IMG/VR virus record: IMGVR_UViG_3300031159_000040
Coordinates: 1-32,894 of that record
DNA: 32,894 nt
Reading direction: 5' to 3' (one strand)
Origin: a virus
Lineage: Duplodnaviria; Caudoviricetes
Position 1 is the first letter of the stretch. Each line of letters starts with the position of its first letter. The notes under the pieces were generated by a model. That model did no database searches. It saw nothing but the letters and a program-made list of their open reading frames with translations, and was not told where the DNA came from. The translations under genes and the position numbers were made by a program. This document shows positions 1 through 6,201 of this stretch, in pieces.

Positions 1-34
1 AACGGCTCAGAACGTAAACCCGGTAATCGGTCAT
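1..34 (-). CDS. 5' start of probable TadB-like (T2SS F family) pilus assembly protein, runs off window
   Basis: GGAGG RBS then ATG at 34 (MTDYRVYVLSR...) immediately after the cpaF stop; identity inferred only from usual tad gene order. Confidence 0.45.
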   Translation of the reverse strand, partial: MTDYRVYVLSR

Positions 35-37
35 CCG

Positions 38-388
38 TCAACCTCCTTCCACGAATCCGGCAAACCGCAGCTTGCGCACGTTCTGCAGCGAAGAAACCCG
101 CTCCAGCCGTCCTCCCGCGGCGCCGCTACCCTCCTTTCTTTCCTCGTGCCGAAACAGCGTGCGCAGCCGCACCTCCCCATCCTCCATTCCCGCCACCTCG
201 CAGATTTCCGCTACCCGGCGGGAACGGTCGCGAAAACGGCTTAAATGAATCATGATATCGATCGCGGACGCAATCTGGCGGCGAACGACCGGAACCGGAA
301 GATCCGCGCCGCCCAGCACCATCGTTTCCAACCGCGACAGCATGTCGCGCGCGCCGTTACTGTGGCCGGTGGACAAGCTTCCTTTATG
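38..388 (-). pseudogene. cpaF: 3' half of CpaF/TadA pilus assembly ATPase, split by prophage insertion
   Basis: HKGSLSTGHSNGARDMLSRLETMVL...QIASAIDIMIHLSRFRDRSRRV matches the CpaF His-box region and C-terminus; Walker A/B half absent, AT-rich phage DNA begins right upstream. Confidence 0.85.
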
Positions 389-410
389 CATGATATGCAT
401 ATCATTTTCA
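375..410. other. Prophage attachment junction (att half-site)
   Basis: cpaF similarity ends at ~388; GC-to-AT transition; 16-bp perfect palindrome ATGATATGCATATCAT at 390-405. Confidence 0.6.
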
Positions 411-447
411 AATAAAATTGAGGCCCTGGTTTTGTACCAGGGCCTCA
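410..447 (-). terminator. Intrinsic terminator after yolD-like gene
   Basis: GAGGCCCTGGT/ACCAGGGCCTC stem (420-446) followed by ATTTTATTT on minus. Confidence 0.75.
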
Positions 448-466
448 TCTCAAATAAAACAAATTA

Positions 467-727
467 TTACGAACGCTCCACCTTCAAAATATCCATAAAT
501 GGCACCTTGACCAACTCTCCAAACCTTTGCACGTGGACAAGTTTTGTATGCGGGTCCATTTTGACGATCTGTCCTCGCACAGGCTCTTCCCGTCCCCATA
601 CCGTCAACACAATCTCTTCGCCTTCTTCGTACGCATCGAACAGGCGTTGAGCGAGTTCTTCAAGTTCATATTCGTCTCTCGTTGGCCGTTGCTCGCTGAT
701 CTTGATCGGTTTTGGTACTGCTATCAT
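467..727 (-). CDS. YolD-like family protein
   Basis: 86 aa, RPTRDEYELEEL...GQIVKMD...KVPFMDILKV pattern; RBS GGGGAG; under SOS boxes. Confidence 0.8.
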   Translation of the reverse strand: MIAVPKPIKISEQRPTRDEYELEELAQRLFDAYEEGEEIVLTVWGREEPVRGQIVKMDPHTKLVHVQRFGELVKVPFMDILKVERS

Positions 728-1121
728 AGTAGTCACTCCCCCGTATGATCGATCTGTAAACATCTCTGATGTATTGCGTCAGCCGCAACTGTATTTGGGC
801 TTTTATGACCTCTCGTGTAAATCCGATCCGCCCTTCGTATCCGCGGCAAATAAAATTGACATACAGTATAAAGTCGTTTTGCTCGTCGTCTATTATTTTG
901 ATTTTCCGCCGCCGCAGTTCCCGGCGCGAGTCCGCCAAGTCCCGATTGACGGCCACGATCAGCGCCTCCGTTACCTGGAGATATAGCGGCTTTAACACGT
1001 GTAGCGAGTATTGCATGTCGGAGTATTGCTTTTCGAGCATAATAACCATGTTGTTCAGCACCAACACGCTCCGAATGATCTCCAGCTCATCCGGCGTCGC
1101 TTTGCCTTTTAACTCGCTCAC
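666..1121 (-). CDS. Hypothetical protein of SOS operon
   Basis: GTG start overlapping the upstream TGA (GTGA); 3' end overlaps yolD by ~60 nt. Confidence 0.65.
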   Translation of the reverse strand: MSELKGKATPDELEIIRSVLVLNNMVIMLEKQYSDMQYSLHVLKPLYLQVTEALIVAVNRDLADSRRELRRRKIKIIDDEQNDFILYVNFICRGYEGRIGFTREVIKAQIQLRLTQYIRDVYRSIIRGSDYYDSSTKTDQDQRATANERRI

Positions 1122-1321
1122 GATGCCCGCCCGCCGATCACCGGCACCGCAGCCAAAATGCGATTGACGCTGAGCGTCCGGTACGATCTTTTGCCCCAAT
1201 CCAGCACGCGGGCCCGTCCATCTCTTATCGAGTAAACCGTAATCACCCGTTTTGTAATCCGCCCTTTGCTGTCCTCGTAGATAACCTCGACGCGACGACC
1301 AATGTACTTCTCGATGGACAT
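1118..1321 (-). CDS. Small WYL/SH3-like fold protein
   Basis: 67 aa, VEVIYEDSKGRITKRVI...RTLSVNRI resembles WYL core; RBS GGAGG. Confidence 0.6.
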   Translation of the reverse strand: MSIEKYIGRRVEVIYEDSKGRITKRVITVYSIRDGRARVLDWGKRSYRTLSVNRILAAVPVIGGRAS

Positions 1322-1338
1322 TGCATTCGCCTCCGATA

Positions 1339-1384
1339 AGAACGTTTGTTCTCTAATTATATTGGGAACAATTGTTCTCATCAA
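1339..1384 (-). promoter_or_regulatory. SigA promoter with two LexA (Cheo) boxes
   Basis: TTGATG(1384-1379)-17-TATAAT(1361-1356); GAAC-N4-GTTC at 1340-1351 and 1366-1377. Confidence 0.85.
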
Positions 1385-1407
1385 GATAGGATTTAGAATT
1401 GCAATTC

Positions 1408-1436
1408 TTGACAATATACTTGCGCTAGTATATAAT
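1408..1436 (+). promoter_or_regulatory. Consensus SigA promoter with palindromic operator (copy 1)
   Basis: TTGACA-17-TATAAT; ATATACTTGCGCTAGTATAT near-palindrome; identical to 2090-2118. Confidence 0.9.
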
Positions 1437-1462
1437 TAAATCAGAAAGGGGGGATACAAGCC

Positions 1463-1669
1463 ATGAGCAAAGAGGCATTTCGAGCTTTTGAAAAGCTCCA
1501 AAAACGGGAACACCTCTTGCAGACAATGCGTCATCGCCTGGAAACGGGACGCATCTCCGAAGAGGTGTTCAGGCAGTCGGTAGCCGATATTGAGAAGACG
1601 TACCGACTGACAGCCGCCGAAGAGGCTGCTTATGAACAGTATATCAAACGTATGGCTCGGAGCAAGTAA
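1463..1669 (+). CDS. Hypothetical 68-aa helical protein
   Basis: RBS AAAGGGGGG, own promoter and terminator. Confidence 0.8.
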   Translation: MSKEAFRAFEKLQKREHLLQTMRHRLETGRISEEVFRQSVADIEKTYRLTAAEEAAYEQYIKRMARSK

Positions 1670-1677
1670 GGCAAGGG

Positions 1678-1705
1678 AGAGGGGCGATTAGGCCCCTCTT
1701 TTTTT
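1678..1705 (+). terminator. Intrinsic terminator
   Basis: AGAGGGGC/GCCCCTCT stem plus T run. Confidence 0.85.
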
Positions 1706-1840
1706 GCGTCGGAACGGAATAAACTTAATCTCTATCCGTCCTGCTGCGTCCTCTTGGACAAAGTAGTCGAACAACTCTTGATCGATCAGGAGCATGGGAT
1801 AAACGACGTTGCCGACAACAACATAGTCAAGGTGTCTCAT
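1688..1840 (-). CDS. 50-aa hypothetical protein (not in ORF track)
   Basis: MRHLDYVVVGNVVYPMLLIDQELFDYFVQEDAAGRIEIKFIPFRRKKRGA; ATGA overlap with RHH stop; RBS GGGAGGGG. Confidence 0.6.
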   Translation of the reverse strand: MRHLDYVVVGNVVYPMLLIDQELFDYFVQEDAAGRIEIKFIPFRRKKRGA

Positions 1841-2022
1841 TGCCGCCCCTCCCTCTCCAATCTTTGCTCAATCGCCTTGACGATATATTCGTTAAGGCTC
1901 TCGCCTGCGGCCTCAGCCGCCGCTTCATAAACCGCCTTGCGCCCTTTTGGCACGATGGGATATAGGCGATCATAATTTGCGGCGTTATACTTTTGTTTTG
2001 CCCTTGTCGCTGACGTGCCCAT
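1837..2022 (-). CDS. Arc/MetJ-like ribbon-helix-helix DNA-binding protein
   Basis: 61 aa, KYNAANYDRLYPIVPKGRKAVYEAAA...GESLNEYIVKAI pattern. Confidence 0.8.
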   Translation of the reverse strand: MGTSATRAKQKYNAANYDRLYPIVPKGRKAVYEAAAEAAGESLNEYIVKAIEQRLEREGRQ

Positions 2023-2047
2023 GCAGACCACCATCCTTTGTGACTTA

Positions 2048-2118
2048 ACGATAACACAAAAAATATACTTACGCAAGTACAAAAAACCGTTGACAATATA
2101 CTTGCGCTAGTATATAAT
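2048..2118. promoter_or_regulatory. Divergent promoters with two operator copies
   Basis: Plus: TTGACA(2090)-17-TATAAT(2113); minus: TTGCGT-17-TATCGT with TG; operator ATATACTTACGCAAGTAC at 2063-2080. Confidence 0.8.
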
Positions 2119-2148
2119 AAAGACATCAAGAACAGGGGAGCGATTAAA

Positions 2149-2529
2149 ATGTATAACAAAATCCGCAATCTGCCGCTGGTTAACGAAGTGGATGAATCGA
2201 AAGTCCAAACGCTCGTTGAGTCGATGCTCGAAAATGGCTGGCAAGGCGCTCCGATCCTCTACGTAGCCGACACCGGACTTGTGACGGGTAGCCACCGTCT
2301 TGCAGCCCTGCAGCGCCTGGAGGAAATGCAGGCAGAAGCGGATGAGGAACTTTTCGATCGCATCTCCGAAATCCTTTCTTCTCCTGTCGCCCTTGATGTG
2401 AGCGACATCGTAAATGCCTTTTGCGCAGAGTACGACTACAGCTTTGACGAGCTTGACTTCTCGTCGCTCCGCCCCATTTTCGAGGGCACGGAGGTAGAAA
2501 AGTATGCTGACCAAATCGAAGAATGGTAA
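2149..2529 (+). CDS. Stand-alone ParB/sulfiredoxin N-terminal-like domain protein
   Basis: KVQTLVESMLENGWQGAPIL...LVTGSHRLAAL (GxHR motif); acidic tail. Confidence 0.7.
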   Translation: MYNKIRNLPLVNEVDESKVQTLVESMLENGWQGAPILYVADTGLVTGSHRLAALQRLEEMQAEADEELFDRISEILSSPVALDVSDIVNAFCAEYDYSFDELDFSSLRPIFEGTEVEKYADQIEEW

Positions 2530-2986
2530 CAAAAAACGCTGCGTCATCTGTGGGACAGAGTTCCCTGCGCCGCCCAGCTCCAAAAAAGTCACATGCTCCG
2601 ATCCATGTCGGCGCGAAAGAGCGCGGCGTTCTGCAACCGGCAGAAAGCGTTTCTGGAGCGCGGAAAAGAAGGCCAGATATGCCGAGAAAGGACAGAACGC
2701 TAACCTCAAACTCGGCACTGCTGCAGCTTTAAAAAGCCCCATTGCCGGGCCATTTGAAACAAATCAAAACGCTTTGATCTGGACGATTCACTCCCCAGAT
2801 GGAGTTACATATACCGTACGTAACCTCAGCTTATGGCTGCGGGAAAACGCGGACAAGCTGCCCGGTACGCCGGAGCAGGCGCGAGCCGGTTTCGCACAAA
2901 TCAAGCGGAGCCGGGAAGGAAAAACAAAGCGATCAGTAGGGAGCTGGAAAGGCTGGACATTGATTAAATGGGAGCAGCCTAAATAA
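2504..2986 (+). CDS. Zinc-finger plus NUMOD-like DNA-binding protein
   Basis: CxxC...CxxxC N-terminus, C-terminal SPDG...KGWTL NUMOD1-like motif; RBS GGAGG. Confidence 0.65.
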   Translation: MLTKSKNGNKKRCVICGTEFPAPPSSKKVTCSDPCRRERARRSATGRKRFWSAEKKARYAEKGQNANLKLGTAAALKSPIAGPFETNQNALIWTIHSPDGVTYTVRNLSLWLRENADKLPGTPEQARAGFAQIKRSREGKTKRSVGSWKGWTLIKWEQPK

Positions 2987-2990
2987 AAAG

Positions 2991-3021
2991 AGCAGTGAGG
3001 GGATGCCTCCTGCTTTTTTTT
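2991..3021 (+). terminator. Intrinsic terminator
   Basis: AGCAGTGAGG/CCTCCTGCT stem plus T run. Confidence 0.8.
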
Positions 3022-3041
3022 ATAAAAATCTCCGGAATCCC

Positions 3042-3071
3042 ATTTACGTATCATTATTTACATGTTATTAT
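3042..3071 (+). promoter_or_regulatory. SigA promoter, second family (copy 1)
   Basis: TTTACG-17-TATTAT with TG; 27/30 identical to 4370-4399. Confidence 0.75.
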
Positions 3072-3109
3072 ATAGACATAGGAAGAGATAATCAAAGGAG
3101 CGGATCGAG

Positions 3110-3472
3110 ATGAAAAACGTTATGACGCGGGCTTGGGAAATCGCTAAGGCGGCAGCCAGCATTCACGGCGGCAAGGCATCGGAATACATCGCCGACGCGC
3201 TGCGCATGGCATGGGCAGAGTCCCGTCGTCCAAAGAGCGTAACGATTGAGTTACGCCGGCCGAACCGCAAATCCAAAACGTGGGTCGCCGCAATCGTCGG
3301 CACGCATCCGGTTTACAAGTTCGAGCGCAAGTTCATCAATCCGATCGCCTGGGGCGAAACGACGTGGGAACTGGCCGAAGGTGTATACGAGGTTTGCGAA
3401 AACGGCAATCGTTACTTTATCCGGGTCGCTGGTGGCGACTATCGCCGGATCGACGCGAAGGACGTGGCGTAA
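3110..3472 (+). CDS. Phage hypothetical protein (RAWEIAK...ALRMAW N-terminal module)
   Basis: 120 aa, RBS AAAGGAG. Confidence 0.8.
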   Translation: MKNVMTRAWEIAKAAASIHGGKASEYIADALRMAWAESRRPKSVTIELRRPNRKSKTWVAAIVGTHPVYKFERKFINPIAWGETTWELAEGVYEVCENGNRYFIRVAGGDYRRIDAKDVA

Positions 3473-4158
3473 TGGCACGCAAACAAGTCCATCCCGATCA
3501 GAGGTTTGATCGCCTGGTCGTCATCCGTGAGACCGAAACGCGGAAGGGCAAGCGATACGCGCTTTGTCGCTGCGAGTGTGGCACGGTGCGAGAGTTTGAC
3601 ATATACGGCCTCCTCTCTGGACACACCCGATCCTGCGGGTGCCTGGCGCGAGAAAAGCTTGAACTTGGTAGACAGGCAGCTGACTTGACCGATCAGACCT
3701 TTGGCCGGCTGACCGCGAGGCATCAAGACGGCCTGCGAAATGGGATCGTTGTTTGGGTATGTGAGTGTAAGTGCGGCAATGTCGTAGCTGTGCCAGCCCG
3801 CGATCTTGTCAGCGGGAATACGACATCCTGCGGCTGCGCCGTGAAAGACTTTGCGAAGTCTCTTAAACAACACAACGAGCAGCATCACACCATCGATGGC
3901 GTTTTCGCCCCGCTGCTCCGGCAAAAAATCCAAACCAACAACAAGACCGGAGTCAAAGGGGTATCAATTCAGCGGGACAAAAAGGGGCGAGTGAAATACG
4001 TCGCAAACATTACCGTCAACGGCAAGCGTATTTATCTCGGTATATACCCCACGATTGAGCAGGCCGCCGAAGCGCGGAAACGAGCCGAGGAACAATGTTA
4101 CACTCCCTATCTGGAGCGGTATGAGGAGGAGAAAAAACGTGACAAGAGACGAAATTAA
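3472..4158 (+). CDS. AP2-domain protein with two CxCxCG...SCGC zinc repeats
   Basis: FxRLxV...CxCxCG...SCGC twice; NNKTGVKGV...YLGIYPTIEQAAEAR AP2 motif; TAATG coupling. Confidence 0.85.
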   Translation: MARKQVHPDQRFDRLVVIRETETRKGKRYALCRCECGTVREFDIYGLLSGHTRSCGCLAREKLELGRQAADLTDQTFGRLTARHQDGLRNGIVVWVCECKCGNVVAVPARDLVSGNTTSCGCAVKDFAKSLKQHNEQHHTIDGVFAPLLRQKIQTNNKTGVKGVSIQRDKKGRVKYVANITVNGKRIYLGIYPTIEQAAEARKRAEEQCYTPYLERYEEEKKRDKRRN

Positions 4159-4351
4159 AAAATGGATACAAGACAACCTGGTCATGCAAGACGAAGCTCG
4201 GCGGATAACCGGACAATCGGTGTCTGGATTTAACCAGTCCGTTCAGACGGGGCGGATCATCCCGTTTGTGGAATTCGGAGATGCGCGCAAAACGCGCCTT
4301 TATCTCCGATCCGATTTGGAGGAGTACGCGAAAATCAAGAGAATCCGTTAA
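4139..4351 (+). CDS. Small excisionase/MerR-like winged HTH DNA-binding protein
   Basis: 70 aa from GTG with GAGGAG RBS; EARRITGQSVSGFNQSVQTGRI...RLYLRSDL. Confidence 0.7.
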   Translation: MTRDEIKKWIQDNLVMQDEARRITGQSVSGFNQSVQTGRIIPFVEFGDARKTRLYLRSDLEEYAKIKRIR

Positions 4352-4369
4352 CTTTTTTTGTCACACCCT

Positions 4370-4399
4370 ATTTACATATAATTATTTATATGTTATTAT
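4370..4399 (+). promoter_or_regulatory. SigA promoter, second family (copy 2)
   Basis: TTTACA-17-TATTAT with TG; near-palindrome ACATATAATTATTTATATGT. Confidence 0.8.
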
Positions 4400-4451
4400 T
4401 AAATCACAGCAGGGGACGACATACAAAATTAAATCAAAGGAGAGGTTGAAA

Positions 4452-4616
4452 ATGGCAAAAATCTACTACAAGGACATCCTGGTCGGAGAGGTAGTCACAA
4501 ACCGCAGCTTGACGGTGGATGAAGCGTTGGAGGTAATCGGATTTGACGAGCAAGCGTTTAACGCAGAGCACGGATTCGACGACATCGACTACAACGATTT
4601 TAAGCTTGTGTACTGA
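4452..4616 (+). CDS. 54-aa acidic hypothetical protein
   Basis: RBS AAAGGAGAGG; 12 D/E vs 4 K/R. Confidence 0.75.
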   Translation: MAKIYYKDILVGEVVTNRSLTVDEALEVIGFDEQAFNAEHGFDDIDYNDFKLVY

Positions 4617-4644
4617 GAGCGGAGGGGCTCCGGCCCCTCTCTCC

Positions 4645-4707
4645 CCCGCCTGATGATGGCCGGATGGTAACCGGCCGAAACGTCCACCCGAGCGTCGCGG
4701 GATACCC
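4645..4707 (+). ncRNA. Type I hammerhead ribozyme (HHR1), predicted cleavage after C4696
   Basis: Stem I CCCGC/GCGGG; core CUGAUGA; one extra U; stem II GGCCGG/CCGGCC; GAAA; stem III ACG/CGU; GUC cleavage triplet. Confidence 0.85.
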
Positions 4708-4730
4708 GCCACGAGTTGAAAACCGCATAC

Positions 4731-4770
4731 CGCATAAGCCCTCACCTTCGGGGAGGCAGCGGGGAAGGAG
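4731..4770 (+). repeat. UUCG hairpin + RBS leader element, copy 1
   Basis: CGCATAAG(C/T)CCTCACCTTCGGGGAGGC(A/G)GCG also at 5343-5373. Confidence 0.8.
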
Positions 4771-4778
4771 AATGAACC

Positions 4779-5321
4779 ATGAAACTCTCTCAATTGCTTG
4801 CCACTAAAAAGGTTGTCGCTTCTGGCTTTGCCGCTATTGCGGGATTATCCGCGTACTCGCGAGGCACGGAAGAGGTTGTCCTGTCGTCGCTGGCTCCGTC
4901 CATCTTGGCGGAACAAGGAGTAACGGAATACTATGCGCTGGAACTTCCGCGTGGGACAGTCTACAACACGTCGGAGGAGATTATCGCAGCCGATCCGGAC
5001 GTGCGTCGCTACACGATTCAGCCGGTTGCCAACGTGAGTGACCTGGATGTGGTGATTGTCTCCCGCCACGCAGGCACAGTAGCGCTCCTGCAAGACCGCT
5101 ATCCGGGCGCTCAGGTACTCGACTCCGTTACGCCGAACCAAATCGCCGGCAAACACGTCGTCGGCACGCTGCCGCCTCATCTTATCACCGCTGCTGGCGC
5201 GTACACCGCCGTTACGATTCGCGGGTTTGACTACGCCAAGGACGGGGACTTGGCGGGTCAGGAGTTGGCGGCGCGGATTGTCATCGCTGACAAGCCGCTC
5301 CGGGTCGTGGAGATTAACTAA
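4779..5321 (+). CDS. Csx16-like putative cyclic-oligoadenylate ring nuclease (tandem domains)
   Basis: C-terminal VIVSRHAG...IAGKHVVGTLPPHL...GQEL matches Csx16 (VVA1548) motifs; N-terminal half looks like a degenerate copy. Confidence 0.7.
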   Translation: MKLSQLLATKKVVASGFAAIAGLSAYSRGTEEVVLSSLAPSILAEQGVTEYYALELPRGTVYNTSEEIIAADPDVRRYTIQPVANVSDLDVVIVSRHAGTVALLQDRYPGAQVLDSVTPNQIAGKHVVGTLPPHLITAAGAYTAVTIRGFDYAKDGDLAGQELAARIVIADKPLRVVEIN

Positions 5322-5342
5322 CCATAGCGATACATAGCGATG

Positions 5343-5382
5343 CGCATAAGTCCTCACCTTCGGGGAGGCGGCGCGAAAGGAG
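5343..5382 (+). repeat. UUCG hairpin + RBS leader element, copy 2
   Basis: Near-identical to 4731-4770. Confidence 0.8.
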
Positions 5383-5390
5383 AAATGAAA

Positions 5391-6107
5391 ATGTTTAACA
5401 TTGATTTCGTCTATGACTCGACCAATCTGCCGAGTCAAACAGGTAAAGAAGGCATTCGGGCGGCTCTCCACTATTTAGATGCCGCGGACGGGCAAATTAA
5501 ATCGATTAAGGGCAAGATTGGCTATGGTCGGTATACCGCCGGTTACAGTCGGGATGGAGGATTTACTTCCAGATCGTACGGATTTTCTATGGCGCAGGAG
5601 GGTATCCTGCTCAGGTATTTTGACAACAGCAACAACGGGAGCTGGACCTGGTTTATCCCAGACGATCTCTCCGAGATAGAGGGCGTTCTCGTTTTTGCTT
5701 TTACAGCACATGGCAGGTCCATCGACTCATATGTCCAAAGTATTGACTACGGCTTGGTGTTAAAAATCAATACTGCGAACTACGGAGATCGGCATCCTTT
5801 AAATTTGATTTACGATTCTGTTAAATTTGACCAATATCGACCCGAGTTTAATCTCTTTGGAGATTATTTGGCTGTCCTTTTGCTGTCGCTTTTGGCCGAG
5901 TATAAGGACGCATTAGCGTATCCCTTTACTACCGGAGCATTGGAGGGTAAGACTTTGGGGTCTGCGCTGTATGACATTGCATCTCGTAGGCACTCAGCTT
6001 TTTTGGATGCAATGTTGTCCGGGGACATTAAAGTCGATCCCGCCCAACTTTTGAGGGGATCGAAGTACCTCGGGCGGGACCTGTATCCGCAATATTATTC
6101 GGCATAA
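5391..6107 (+). CDS. 238-aa hypothetical protein
   Basis: RBS AAAGGAG 8 nt upstream; no family recognised. Confidence 0.75.
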   Translation: MFNIDFVYDSTNLPSQTGKEGIRAALHYLDAADGQIKSIKGKIGYGRYTAGYSRDGGFTSRSYGFSMAQEGILLRYFDNSNNGSWTWFIPDDLSEIEGVLVFAFTAHGRSIDSYVQSIDYGLVLKINTANYGDRHPLNLIYDSVKFDQYRPEFNLFGDYLAVLLLSLLAEYKDALAYPFTTGALEGKTLGSALYDIASRRHSAFLDAMLSGDIKVDPAQLLRGSKYLGRDLYPQYYSA

Positions 6108-6201
6108 ATGACAAGAGCCCCCTTACGGGGGCCATGTCGTGTAGGAACAAGGTTGTTTTAATCAACGCCTCGCTCGTGGCGGGCGACAAGGCCGAAGCCT
6201 T
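6108..6201 (-). ncRNA. Solitary type I-C-like CRISPR repeat RNA (Racr/crRNA-like candidate)
   Basis: 5' UUCG hairpin, repeat GTCGCCCGCCACGAGCGAGGCGTTGATTAAAAC (6187-6155), ~22-nt spacer-like segment, GCCCCC-GTAA-GGGGGC hairpin. Confidence 0.7.

Noticed and set aside
389-448. N-terminal 20 codons of the 136-aa ORF (MRPWYK...)
   Set aside because: They run through a terminator and the att palindrome; chance open frame fused to the cpaF remnant
3280-3471. Long N-terminal extension of the AP2 protein
   Set aside because: Overlaps the 120-aa gene; TAATG coupling at 3472 is the better start
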